In this document: positions 1 to 10,289 of the stretch, in pieces
Layout of the letters: the number at the start of each line of letters is the position of its first letter
Position numbering within the stretch: the first letter of the stretch is position 1
Origin: a bacterium
Lineage (GTDB): Bacteria; Babelota; Babeliae; Babelales; Vermiphilaceae
DNA: 64,000 nt
Direction: 5' to 3'
Assembly: GCA_021777215.1 (NCBI GenBank)
Contig: JAJYDS010000001.1
Span: 41,622-105,621, forward strand
Program-made: the position numbers and the translations under genes
Notes under the pieces: model-generated
Databases searched by the model: none
Told to the model about the DNA's origin: nothing
What the model saw: the letters and a program-made list of their open reading frames with translations, nothing else

Positions 1-2298
1 CTTGGTTTTTATTATGCTACTGTTGGCGGCCTTTCAATATCACTGAAAGATATGATTGTTCCTGAGCAACGAGATGCGGTTGTTTCTCAAGCTGAAAAAG
101 ATGTTCTAAAAGTAGAAAACCTTTATATGGACGGTATCATCACTAATGGTGAACGATACAATAAGGTGATCAGTATTTGGGGACATGCTTCGGCTAATGT
201 TGCCAATTATATGCATGAGGCTTTATCAAAACAAGATCACAAATCATTCGAAAATACAGATAAATCATTTGCTCCTTTTAATCCAATTTTTATGATGTTG
301 GAATCTGGTGCCCGTGGTTCAAAATCGCAGATTCAGCAGTTGGTCGGTATGCGTGGTCTTATGTCTAAACCAACGGGTGAAATTATGGAAACGCCCGTTA
401 AGACGAACTTTAAGGATGGTCTGAGTGAGTTTGAATATTTCATTTCTACTCACGGTGCACGTAAAGGTCAGGCTGATACGGCTCTTAAAACGGCAAACTC
501 TGGTTATCTGACTCGTCGATTAGTAGACGTTGCTCAGGATGTCGTGGTGAGCATGGCGGATTGCCATACTTTGGGCTATATCGAATTAGAGGATTTAAAA
601 GAGGCAGGTGATGTTATATCTCCACTTGCAAGTCGCGCTTTTGGTCGTGTATTAGCAGCCGATGTGAAGGATCCGGTCTCTGGTGAATTGCTTTTCAAGC
701 AGGGCCAACTGTGTGGTCGTGAAGAGGTTGCTCGTTTGGCTGATTCCGCAGTAACTAAGATTTTAGTTCGTTCAGTGCTTACATGCCAAGCAAAACGTGG
801 TGTTTGTGCCCAGTGTTATGGCTATGATTTATCACGAGGACGCTTGGTTGATGTTGGTACTGCCGTGGGCATTATTGCAGCCCAGTCAATTGGTGAGCCG
901 GGTACACAGCTTACTATGAGAACGTTCCACACTGGTGGTACGGCGAGTGGTTTAGCAGATCAACCTTACTTCGTTGCAAAACAAGACGGCGTGGTACGCT
1001 TGCGCTCGGTGCGCACGGTAAAAAATCGTCATGGTCAGCACGTTGTCATGAGTCGTAAGGGTACCTTACTCATCGTTTCTCCTGATGGCCGTGAACTGCA
1101 ACGCCATGATCTGGAATACGGTACGGTGTTGCTGGTAGAAGATGGCACTGCGGTGAAGGCTAAGACAAAGCTTGCCGAATGGGATCCAACGAACAAGTTG
1201 ATTCTTACTGAAAAGCCTGGTCGTGTTCAGCTGATTGATCTTGTTGAGAATGTTACGATTCAAGAACGTTATGATGAAGCGACTCATAAATCGCTTTCGA
1301 TGGTTTTAGAGCAGAAATCAGAAAAATACCAGCCGGCATTGAGTATTATAGATGATTCAGGTAATGAGCTTGCTCAGTACTATTTGCCTTCAGGTTCTTT
1401 TTTGAACGTTAAACAGGATCAGCAAGTTGAAATTGGTGATATTTTAGTCAAGACACCTCGTGAAGCCTCTCGAACAAAAGATATTACCGGTGGTTTACCT
1501 CGTATTGCTGAATTATTCGAAGCTCGCGCGCCAAAAGATGCAGCTATACTCTCCGATATTGATGGGGAGGTTGTTTTTGGCGGCTTGCATAGAGGTCTGC
1601 GCAAAGTGAGCGTTGTTTCTGGAGCGCAATCCTATGATTACTTTATTCCTCGTGGGAAACAGTTGTTGGCTGGCAATGGGGAATTGGTAAATGCGGGTGA
1701 TCAATTAACCTCTGGTTCCCCAGTGTTGCATGATATGTTGCGCATTTTAGGACCAGACGTTGTTCAACGTTATTTGGTTGTTCAGATTCAGCAGATATAT
1801 CGCTTACAAGGTATTGATATTAGCGATTGCCATATTGAGCTTATTTGCCGTCAAATGTTGCGTAAGGTTCGTGTTACGGAGACGGGAGATTCTGATTTCT
1901 TAGTGGGTGATCGTGTTGACCGTATACACTTTAAAATGGTTAATGCGGTGCTTAAAGCGCAAGGCAAGAAGGTTGCGAGTGCCAAGCCTGTGTTGCTCGG
2001 CATTACGCAAGCATCCTTGATTACTGAGAGCTTTATTTCTGCCGCATCATTCCAAGAAACTACCAGAATCTTAGCTGAAGCAGCAATAGCAGGACAAGTC
2101 GATTATCTGTATGGTTTGAAGGAAAATGTAATTGTTGGTAAATTGATTCCAGCAGGTACGGGTATCAAAACATTTAGAGAAAAATATCTCGGGCAAGAGG
2201 TTTCTGATTTAGAGCGGACGGCGCGAGAGCAAGAGATGCAGCAGGAAAATATGGCTGGAGCATCCGATCAGGAACAAGATATTGGTGAAGGCGCGTAG
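1..2298 (+). CDS. rpoC: DNA-directed RNA polymerase subunit beta-prime, C-terminal part (5' end lies outside the window)
   Basis: Frame 1 is open from base 1 ([18 protein letters not shown] precedes the first Met of the 52..2298 ORF). Beta-prime hallmarks are present: [117 protein letters not shown]. Stop TAG at 2296-2298. Confidence 0.96.
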   Translation, partial: LGFYYATVGGLSISLKDMIVPEQRDAVVSQAEKDVLKVENLYMDGIITNGERYNKVISIWGHASANVANYMHEALSKQDHKSFENTDKSFAPFNPIFMMLESGARGSKSQIQQLVGMRGLMSKPTGEIMETPVKTNFKDGLSEFEYFISTHGARKGQADTALKTANSGYLTRRLVDVAQDVVVSMADCHTLGYIELEDLKEAGDVISPLASRAFGRVLAADVKDPVSGELLFKQGQLCGREEVARLADSAVTKILVRSVLTCQAKRGVCAQCYGYDLSRGRLVDVGTAVGIIAAQSIGEPGTQLTMRTFHTGGTASGLADQPYFVAKQDGVVRLRSVRTVKNRHGQHVVMSRKGTLLIVSPDGRELQRHDLEYGTVLLVEDGTAVKAKTKLAEWDPTNKLILTEKPGRVQLIDLVENVTIQERYDEATHKSLSMVLEQKSEKYQPALSIIDDSGNELAQYYLPSGSFLNVKQDQQVEIGDILVKTPREASRTKDITGGLPRIAELFEARAPKDAAILSDIDGEVVFGGLHRGLRKVSVVSGAQSYDYFIPRGKQLLAGNGELVNAGDQLTSGSPVLHDMLRILGPDVVQRYLVVQIQQIYRLQGIDISDCHIELICRQMLRKVRVTETGDSDFLVGDRVDRIHFKMVNAVLKAQGKKVASAKPVLLGITQASLITESFISAASFQETTRILAEAAIAGQVDYLYGLKENVIVGKLIPAGTGIKTFREKYLGQEVSDLERTAREQEMQQENMAGASDQEQDIGEGA

Positions 2299-2363
2299 CT
2301 CAGTGGTAGAGCACTGCTTTGACGTAGCAGGGGTCAGCGGTTCAATCCCGCTCGCGCCTACCA
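2289..2363 (+). tRNA. tRNA-Val (anticodon GAC), CCA encoded, 75 nt
   Basis: Cloverleaf folded by hand. Acceptor AGGCGCG (2289-2295) pairs with CGCGCCT (2353-2359). D arm GCTC-AGTGGTA-GAGC. Anticodon arm CTGCT-TTGACGT-AGCAG with GAC at 2321-2323. Variable loop GGGTC. T arm AGCGG-TTCAATC-CCGCT. Discriminator A, CCA at 2361-2363. Confidence 0.85.
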
Positions 2364-2432
2364 TGAGTAGGCATGACAGAGAAATAGTAGAGAGATTTTG
2401 TTAGAAGAGTATTTGTATAACTAGGGTTATGT

Positions 2433-2702
2433 ATGGCAGTAGCAAAAGAAAAAAAAGCAAAATTGATTGGTGATTTCGCACAGAACGCAGAAGATACCGG
2501 ATCAACCGGCGTTCAGGTGGCTTTGTTAACTGAAAATATTAATATATTGACGGAGCATTGCAAACAGCATCCACATGATTTTAGTACTCGACGTGGGTTG
2601 TTGAAAATGGTTTGTCGTCGTCGCAGTTTTTTGAACTACTTGTTCAAAAAAGATCAGGATTCGTACAAAAGCCTTGTAGCACGTCTTGGGCTGAAGCGAT
2701 AA
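2433..2702 (+). CDS. rpsO: 30S ribosomal protein S15
   Basis: 89 aa. S15 pattern: TGSTGVQVALLTENINILTEH, HPHDFSTRRGLLKMVCRRRSFLNYL. It sits in the classic position directly upstream of pnp. Confidence 0.95.
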   Translation: MAVAKEKKAKLIGDFAQNAEDTGSTGVQVALLTENINILTEHCKQHPHDFSTRRGLLKMVCRRRSFLNYLFKKDQDSYKSLVARLGLKR

Positions 2703-2723
2703 GTAACTTAAATCAGACAGGTT

Positions 2724-4862
2724 TTGGATATGGTAAAAACGTTCAAATTTGATCAGTTTGGGTATGAAGTTGTCTTGGGCAAATTTGCTCAGCAAGCGGA
2801 TGGTGCAGTGTGGATTAAGCAGGGAGGCACCATCGTTTTGGCAACTGTTGTTAGTGCACCAACAGACGAATTCCCTGGTTTTTTACCACTTACGGTAGAT
2901 TACAGAGAATATTTTTCAGCAGCAGGTAAGATTCCTGGCGGTTATTTTAAACGTGAAGGCAAGGCGACTGACAAAGAGGTGTTGACCTGTCGTCTTATTG
3001 ATCGAGCCATACGTCCTCTTTTTCCTGAGAATTTTTTCAGGCAAGTGCAGGTATTGGCGACGGTGTATTCAGTTGACAAAGAACATGTACCAGCACCACT
3101 TGCATTTAATGCATGTGCATTGGCACTTTCTATTTCAAAGATTCCTTTTTTGGGTCCGGTTGCCGTTGTTGAAGTTGGTCGTATTGATGGTAAATGGGTT
3201 ATTAATCCAGTATATTCTGATATTAAAAACTCTGATGTTCATTTAACTATTGCAGGTACCCATGAAGGTATTTGCATGGTTGAGGGTTCAACGCAGGAAA
3301 TTTCTGAGTCTGATTTTGTTGATGCCTTGTTTTTAGCACATGATAAAATTAAAGAATTGGTTGCTTGGCAGCTTGAAATTCAACAACAAGTAGGTGTTGC
3401 TAAGCAAGAAAAGCCAGAAGCTCATCAAGAAAACTGGGAAAATAAAATTGATGATCAATTTTGGGCGACTTGGAAGCAACATATTAATGAATTTCTTACC
3501 TCAGAGCGAGTAACTAATTGTTATATTGCAGATAAAGTTGAGCGTAATAATTATCTGTATGATTTGAGAGCCCAATTTACCCAGCAATTTGCGCAAGAAA
3601 TTACTGAAAAGCAGGTTCCAGAATCTATCATAGAATATTTGTTTGACGGACAGTTGCGTCTTAAAATAACTGAGCTTGTATTTGCGCTTAAAAAACGTAT
3701 TGATGGTCGAGATTATGAACAAGTTCGTCAAATTTCAGCGGAAGTAGGTCTTTTGCCTTTTGCCCATGGATCGTCATTATTCAAGCGTGGCAGAACACAA
3801 GCGCTTGCAAGTGCAACATTGGGAAGTGGTGAGGATGAGCAACGTATTGAAACAGTAATGGACGAAAACGGTAAAGATGTAGGCCGTTTTATGTTAAATT
3901 ACAATTTCCCGCCTTTTGCTGTAGGTGAGGTACGTATGATGCGGGGACCGGGGCGACGTGAAGTTGGTCATGGTCATTTAGCTTCATCGGCGATTCGTGG
4001 TCAATTACCTGAAAAAGATGCATTTCCTTATACCATTCGTGTCGTTGTAGATATTTTAGAGTCTGATGGTTCTTCATCAATGGCGACCGTCTGCAGTTCA
4101 ACTATGGCGCTTATGGATGCGGGTGTTCCGGTTAAAAAGATGGTCAGCGGTATTGCTATGGGTTTACTTAAAAGCGCAGACGGACATTTTGCAGTATTGT
4201 CAGATATTAGTGGCTTTGAAGATGCCTATGGTTTAATGGATTTTAAAGTCACTGGAACGCAGGATGGTATTACCGCTATTCAGATGGATATAAAGTATAA
4301 AGGCGGTTTATCGCGAGATATTTTTGTTGCCGCATTGGAGCAAGCACGTAAAGGTCGGCTCTTTATTCTTGAAAAGATGCGCACTGTTATCGAGAAATCT
4401 AAACCATTATCGGATTTAGTCCCTCGTTTTGAGACGGTTAAGATTAACACTGATAAAATTGGTGCTATTATCGGTACTGGTGGTAAAACAATTCGTGAAA
4501 TTACGGAAAAAACGAACACAAGCATTGATATCGAAGAAGATGGCACAGTACAGATTTTTGGTGTGCCGGGTGCCAATATTGCGGGTGCGGTAAATTGGGT
4601 TAAAACGCTGGCGGGACAGATCGATGCTGGCGCCATATACACGGGAAAAATTCGCAAAATTGCAGAATTTGGTTTATTTGTGGAACTCGTTCCGGGACAA
4701 GATGGTCTCGTGCATGTTTCAAATCTTCCTCGTGACAAACAAAGAAACTTTATGAAAGAATACCAGGTCGGTGAAGAAGTAACGGTGGAAGTCATAGAGT
4801 ATGACGAAGTCTCAGGTAGAATTCGTTTACGCCTATTAGAAAATGCGCCAGTTAAAAAATAA
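2724..4862 (+). CDS. pnp: polyribonucleotide nucleotidyltransferase (PNPase)
   Basis: 712 aa. Two RNase-PH-like halves (GKIPGGYFKREG, FPPFAVGE, GRREVGHG, SDGSSSMA). KH domain (IGAIIGTGGKTIREITE). S1 domain (GKIRKIAEFGLFVELVPGQDGLVHVSNL). The start could also be the Met at 2730. Confidence 0.96.
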   Translation: MDMVKTFKFDQFGYEVVLGKFAQQADGAVWIKQGGTIVLATVVSAPTDEFPGFLPLTVDYREYFSAAGKIPGGYFKREGKATDKEVLTCRLIDRAIRPLFPENFFRQVQVLATVYSVDKEHVPAPLAFNACALALSISKIPFLGPVAVVEVGRIDGKWVINPVYSDIKNSDVHLTIAGTHEGICMVEGSTQEISESDFVDALFLAHDKIKELVAWQLEIQQQVGVAKQEKPEAHQENWENKIDDQFWATWKQHINEFLTSERVTNCYIADKVERNNYLYDLRAQFTQQFAQEITEKQVPESIIEYLFDGQLRLKITELVFALKKRIDGRDYEQVRQISAEVGLLPFAHGSSLFKRGRTQALASATLGSGEDEQRIETVMDENGKDVGRFMLNYNFPPFAVGEVRMMRGPGRREVGHGHLASSAIRGQLPEKDAFPYTIRVVVDILESDGSSSMATVCSSTMALMDAGVPVKKMVSGIAMGLLKSADGHFAVLSDISGFEDAYGLMDFKVTGTQDGITAIQMDIKYKGGLSRDIFVAALEQARKGRLFILEKMRTVIEKSKPLSDLVPRFETVKINTDKIGAIIGTGGKTIREITEKTNTSIDIEEDGTVQIFGVPGANIAGAVNWVKTLAGQIDAGAIYTGKIRKIAEFGLFVELVPGQDGLVHVSNLPRDKQRNFMKEYQVGEEVTVEVIEYDEVSGRIRLRLLENAPVKK

Positions 4863-4884
4863 CTGTTGTTCTAAAAACTATTGT

Positions 4885-4921
4885 GAGGCGTTGTGCTCGG
4901 TGTTATTGAGTGCCACGCCTC
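4885..4921 (+). terminator. hairpin downstream of pnp (weak terminator or processing stem)
   Basis: GAGGCGT (4885-4891) is the exact reverse complement of ACGCCTC (4915-4921), with further pairing inside the loop. No clean U tract follows, so terminator function is doubtful. Confidence 0.3.
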
Positions 4922-5079
4922 GCTTGTTGACATCACAAGGAAAGAACCTTTCGCATTAATTGTTTGCCATCAGGGAGACTTGAAGGTGTGGGAGTGTGCA
5001 TTCTAACGGGATAAAATGGAGTATTGGCGCTAGAAGCTGTGTAATAGATTCTAGCGGCCAAACCAAGAGGGGTGAGTCT

Positions 5080-5970
5080 ATGCAAAAAATTGTACAAGAA
5101 AAGAGTATCAGTCGTCATGCCGGTCGTCGTTTTGATCAATTACGTCCACTAAAAGTGGTCTATGATTTTTTTGGGTATGCCGACAGTTCTGTGTTGTTTT
5201 ACGTTGGTGATACCAAAGTGCTCTGTTCGGTTACTTTGCAGCAAGGGGTGCCACCCTTTTTGCGGGGCAAGCAGGTCGGTTGGCTTAATGCCGAATATGC
5301 GATGCTCCCTACTGCGACAACCGTGCGAAAGCAGCGGGATAACTCAGTCGCAAAACCTAATGGCCGCTCTCTTGAGATTTCTCGGCTTATTGGCCGCTGT
5401 TTGCGCTCTGTTGTGGATGTTTCAGGGTTAGGTGAGCGTACGATTACGATTGATTGTGATGTTTTGCAAGCCGATGGCGGCACTCGAACAGCATGTATTT
5501 CTGGGGCCTATATTGCGCTCAAGCGAGCAGTTGCTTATTGGGTTGAGCAGGGCATTCTTTCGCCCAATGCCGTCGTACTTCGTGACGATATTGCAGCTGT
5601 TTCAGTTGGATTGGCGGGGCAACAACCACTACTTGATTTGGATTTTTCTGAAGATAGCGCAATCGATGCTGATTTTAATTTTATTATGACCAAGCGGGGA
5701 GCATTAGTTGAGGTGCAGGGGACGGCGGAGAAAGAGCCGATCAGTGCAGTAAAATTTCAGGAAATCTATGCGTTAGCAGCGCAGGGTATAGCACAACTAT
5801 TTGAGTTTTTTCAGCAAGAGTTGCTTAATAGAGACAATACAGCGCAAGAGAAAAACGTTTCTGGTAATACTACACAGAATGCAAAGCAGTCCATGTCTGG
5901 CGACCCTAAATCTTTTGGAAAGGCGCCGCTCTTTAGTCTGCAAAATCGTTTTCAAAAACAGAGTGAATAA
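5080..5970 (+). CDS. rph: ribonuclease PH with a ~55-aa low-complexity C-terminal tail
   Basis: RNase PH motifs: GRRFDQLRPLKV, ADSSVLFYVGDTKVLCSV, GWLNAEYAMLPTAT, GRSLEISRLIGRCLR, IDCDVLQADGGTRTA. I prefer the ATG at 5080, preceded by AAGAGGGG, over the 4996 ORF start. Confidence 0.9.
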   Translation: MQKIVQEKSISRHAGRRFDQLRPLKVVYDFFGYADSSVLFYVGDTKVLCSVTLQQGVPPFLRGKQVGWLNAEYAMLPTATTVRKQRDNSVAKPNGRSLEISRLIGRCLRSVVDVSGLGERTITIDCDVLQADGGTRTACISGAYIALKRAVAYWVEQGILSPNAVVLRDDIAAVSVGLAGQQPLLDLDFSEDSAIDADFNFIMTKRGALVEVQGTAEKEPISAVKFQEIYALAAQGIAQLFEFFQQELLNRDNTAQEKNVSGNTTQNAKQSMSGDPKSFGKAPLFSLQNRFQKQSE

Positions 5971-5997
5971 GAGACTTATAATTAATCTTGATAACTG

Positions 5998-6993
5998 ATG
6001 GCATGCGTTATGAAGTCTATGCAGCTGAGTGCATTTCTTGAGCAAACCCAGACCGCTCTTTTTTCGGAACAAAAAAAATCATGTTGTTTTTCCGGTTCCA
6101 AAGAGTTTGAGCCACTTCTTTTTTGTGCTTTGTTGCGAGATTTTTTAAAAAAGAAAGAACCTGCAAGTACCATACTCGATGTCGCGGCACACTCCATTGC
6201 CCATGTTTACACAACGTTGAGTACAAGTTTTCTTGGTTCTTCGGCTACTTATTGGTTAAAGAACATCGGCGAGCTTGAGTCAAAAGAACAAACCGCATTA
6301 CTCGTGTTTCTCCAAGAATATCAGGGGCCACATCAACTCTTTTTCTTTCTGCCGGAATTGAATGGAGCAGCTTTTAGTGATTCTTGGCTGTTTGTAGAGC
6401 TGCCATCTTCTATTGAACACGCTCTTTTTGCCTCCATTTGCAGTAGCTTTGGTGTTCTTTTATCGCCTAAAAGCAAGCAATTGAGTCTGCGTTTATGGGC
6501 AAAGCACAAAATTGTACCTTTAGAAACAGCATGCGTTATTATGCACTATCTGACGGTGCTTGGTTCTTCTGATGATGCCGCGGTATTGCAGCTGCTTGAT
6601 AATCTGATTGATGAAAAAGCATCACTTTTTACTTTGAGTGGGTATTTTTTTGCAAAACAACCAGAACCATTTTTTAACTATTGGAAAGTGGTTGCACGTG
6701 AGTATCAGGAAATTTTTTGGATTTCATATTGGACTGAACAGATATGGCGCGCTCATTATGTGGTGAAATGTATGCAAGAAAAACAGCAGCTTGAAGCAAA
6801 AAAAATTGGCTATAGACTGCCTTTTAGTTTTTTGCAACGCGATTGGCGCCGCGTCTCCATGCCTGAGCTACAAAAAGCGCATCAGTTTCTTTCTGACGCA
6901 GATTTTCAGTTAAAAAATGGAAGCTCAGATTTGTGCCTTGATCTCTTTTTTTCCAATTTTTTCAGTGGCCATTTTGCCAAAAAATCTGTCTGA
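5998..6993 (+). CDS. hypothetical protein, possibly DNA polymerase III delta subunit-like
   Basis: 331-aa ORF with coding-like composition. The layout loosely resembles HolA: an N-terminal alpha/beta part (STSFLGSSATYWLKN, PHQLFFFLPEL) and a C-terminal helical part ending in QKAHQFLSDADFQLKNG. The resemblance is weak and from memory only. Confidence 0.4.
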   Translation: MACVMKSMQLSAFLEQTQTALFSEQKKSCCFSGSKEFEPLLFCALLRDFLKKKEPASTILDVAAHSIAHVYTTLSTSFLGSSATYWLKNIGELESKEQTALLVFLQEYQGPHQLFFFLPELNGAAFSDSWLFVELPSSIEHALFASICSSFGVLLSPKSKQLSLRLWAKHKIVPLETACVIMHYLTVLGSSDDAAVLQLLDNLIDEKASLFTLSGYFFAKQPEPFFNYWKVVAREYQEIFWISYWTEQIWRAHYVVKCMQEKQQLEAKKIGYRLPFSFLQRDWRRVSMPELQKAHQFLSDADFQLKNGSSDLCLDLFFSNFFSGHFAKKSV

Positions 6994-6994
6994 A

Positions 6995-7657
6995 TTATTT
7001 TCCAGGGTTTATTTTTTTATACCGCTCTGGTTGTACTATGCCCCCAGAGATAATAAGCGCCATTGCTTCCTGACGCGTAAGGTCTGTTGCATGAATTTCT
7101 TGTTTCGTGAGAACGAGAAAAAAACCTGATGTTGGATTGGGCGTTGTCGGTACAAAGACGGTGAAAAAGGGGCCCGGTTGGTTTGGTGATAATTCTGCGG
7201 GTAGTTCGCTGGTCAAAAATCCGATACTGTAAATACCTTTTTTGGGAAATTCAACCAAGACTACTTTTTTGAATGTGTCTTTGTCTTGTGCACTAAAAGC
7301 ACCTATTAATTGTTTAATACCCGGGTATATGGTGCGCGCAAGCGGGAGTTTATCAATGAGTTTCTCTCCTTTATGCACAATTGTACGCAATATAACGATA
7401 TTCAAAATGGCGCCGATAGCAAAAATGCCTACCACGATAACGATTATCTCAATGTAGGGGACTGGAAATGTTTTAAGCAGGGGATGTTGCATAACAAAAT
7501 CATGAATAGGGTCAACCCAGGCTTTTATTATTTTGTAAAACAGGTGCAAAATGACAATGGTAAGGGTGATTGGTAAAATTGCGAGTAATCCATTAAAAAA
7601 AAGTTTCCAAATTAGCGCGCCTATAGCGCTGAGTCCTTTTTTCATCCCGGCGATCAT
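6995..7657 (-). CDS. DUF502 family membrane protein
   Basis: 220 aa with two N-terminal TM segments. Family-typical string: PLARTIYPGIKQLIGAFS, FKKVVLVEFPKKGIYSIGFLT, VFVPTTPNPTSGFFLVL, EAMALIISGG. Confidence 0.75.
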   Translation of the reverse strand: MIAGMKKGLSAIGALIWKLFFNGLLAILPITLTIVILHLFYKIIKAWVDPIHDFVMQHPLLKTFPVPYIEIIVIVVGIFAIGAILNIVILRTIVHKGEKLIDKLPLARTIYPGIKQLIGAFSAQDKDTFKKVVLVEFPKKGIYSIGFLTSELPAELSPNQPGPFFTVFVPTTPNPTSGFFLVLTKQEIHATDLTRQEAMALIISGGIVQPERYKKINPGK

Positions 7658-7696
7658 GAGGAGTTTCTTTCCTATTTGTAGTGTGCTCTATTTTTT

Positions 7697-8098
7697 CTAA
7701 ATGCTTATTGGACCGGCTTCCTTGGCCTGTAATTGTACGCTGAGGTTGCAGGGCGTATAGTCTACCAGTTTTATTGTTTCCGGTAAAAAAAGATGTGTGG
7801 CGGCTAGTTGTAGCGGGTGAGAGCCTGCCTTTTTTCCTGCCAGATCAACATGGATGGCAAGTGTTTTGCGATCAATATGCCAGAGGTCAATGCGCTTTCC
7901 GACTAGTGTTACCGGTATTTCTTCTGGGGCCTGTAGACTGAGTGTTTTGGGTACGTTATAAAAGGTGAGTGGCACGGTTACATGAAGTTGAGTCGTGTGT
8001 GATTGACTGAGCATACACCAAAATGCATAACCAAGCATCAGAGAAATAAGTTTAAGCGGTAGGTTGTCCAGGAGTAGTTTTTTTAGAATGGTTTTCAT
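7697..8098 (-). CDS. YbbR/CdaR-like single-domain membrane-anchored protein
   Basis: 133 aa. N-terminal anchor (LPLKLISLMLGYAFWCML) followed by a beta-rich segment (LHVTVPLTFYNVPKTLSL, IPVTLVG, LAIHVDL), as in YbbR repeats. It lies immediately downstream of, and overlaps, the cdaA-like gene, which is the canonical cdaA-cdaR arrangement. Confidence 0.5.
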   Translation of the reverse strand: MKTILKKLLLDNLPLKLISLMLGYAFWCMLSQSHTTQLHVTVPLTFYNVPKTLSLQAPEEIPVTLVGKRIDLWHIDRKTLAIHVDLAGKKAGSHPLQLAATHLFLPETIKLVDYTPCNLSVQLQAKEAGPISI

Positions 8099-8930
8099 GG
8101 GTTAAGGCCCCTTTGGTTTGAGATTCACGTGAAAGTCTGAAATATTTTTTTAAGAGCATAAGCGCGTGTTGCGCACTTATTTTTTCATACAATTTTCCCT
8201 GTATAACCAGGTCAACCATGCGTGTTTCAGGGACTATGCTAAAAATAACGGCGTTCGTTTTGGTGGCAAAAAAAATTGCATACTGCATGGAGGTAGATAA
8301 TTTGACTATCTCGGAGGAAAGCCATTCTTTTTCTAAAACGTCTTTCCAATGTGTATTAATACCGCATAGTTGTGCTGATGATGAGAGCCATACGAGTTTT
8401 GATGGATCATAGCTACTACTGGCAAGTAATAGATCGAGTAAGTTTTCTTGTAGAGGGACTTGCAGCGGAAATTGAGCTACGAGAAATTCGTGTAGACTGT
8501 CTGTGTGTTCTATAACGCAAGAAATAGGAGCGTTTTTTTTGTTCAGCGCGATGAGGCATGATCGAAAGAGTGGTTCAATCCAGTCTTCTTGTACTGCATG
8601 CTTTGCGGGTATATGTTTTTTTAGTGCAATACTATTTTTTTGCAATGTCTCTTGATGTATCAAAATGAAAAGCATGCATGCTGCCGGAGTTGCCCAAAAA
8701 AGGAATGTGCTCATCGTGCTCAATTGCGCGTAATAAGAGACGAGTAGTAGGGTGCAGTATGCGTAAAAATAAAGAAGGAGTGGCTTTTGCCGGTCTTTTT
8801 TGAGCCAGCTGCTTGCGGTGTATACTAACGATGAGAAAAAAATAATTTCTGCCAGATCTGCCCACCAATTTCCCCATAAAGCGGAAGGGATCATGAAATA
8901 CAAGAATGATGTTACGCTGCCCATACGCAC
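8052..8930 (-). CDS. CdaA-like (DisA_N-type) membrane protein with degenerate catalytic motifs
   Basis: 292 aa. Three N-terminal TM helices followed by a globular domain that I could align by eye to my recollection of B. subtilis CdaA: AQLSTMSTFL~LGLSTLQWL, ILIHQETLQK~IIFQPELRRA, ISCVIEHTDSLHEFL~ALLTIERDTGMGDYI, AVIFSIVPETRMVDLVIQGKL~SLTIIVSEETGGVSVAKNGDL. At the aligned positions DGA is replaced by PSK and RHR by MQY. Confidence 0.55.
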   Translation of the reverse strand: MRMGSVTSFLYFMIPSALWGNWWADLAEIIFFSSLVYTASSWLKKDRQKPLLLYFYAYCTLLLVSYYAQLSTMSTFLFWATPAACMLFILIHQETLQKNSIALKKHIPAKHAVQEDWIEPLFRSCLIALNKKNAPISCVIEHTDSLHEFLVAQFPLQVPLQENLLDLLLASSSYDPSKLVWLSSSAQLCGINTHWKDVLEKEWLSSEIVKLSTSMQYAIFFATKTNAVIFSIVPETRMVDLVIQGKLYEKISAQHALMLLKKYFRLSRESQTKGALTHENHSKKTTPGQPTA

Positions 8931-9144
8931 GTCTCCTTTTTTTAGAACATTGCATTAGTCTGTGATATTACTGTAGCGCAGGAACATTTTTTTTGTAAAG
9001 GTTTATGGGGACATTATACAGGCCTACCTTGGCTGATGTGAGGAAGGGGTATTGGTTTTCTGTTACTGTTTATGTTGAGTGATGGTATGCTAGAGCTGTT
9101 TGATAAGAAGTTGAGTTGGAGCATACGCTCTTGAGAAATAGTAG

Positions 9145-10158
<1,014 letters not shown>

Positions 10159-10289
10159 TGATTGTGGTCGAGTATAAGCCGGTATATTTTTTAGTTTTTG
10201 CGGATTCTTTTTTTATTGAAGCTATCTATAGTAGCCTGTAGAGAAGTAGTAAAGAGTAATGACGTATTTATTTTGAAAGGAGAGTTCTT

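Noticed and set aside
4280-4795. 171-aa ORF on the minus strand
   Set aside because: It is antisense to the KH/S1 region of pnp, so it is a shadow ORF. The same reasoning applies to the many 60-140-aa antisense or out-of-frame ORFs inside rpoC, pcrA, the array genes, ffh, tuf and others.
4996-5079. N-terminal 28 codons of the rph ORF as given in the track
   Set aside because: The extension has no similarity to RNase PH. The internal ATG at 5080 has an AAGAGGGG RBS and gives a normal RNase PH N-terminus.
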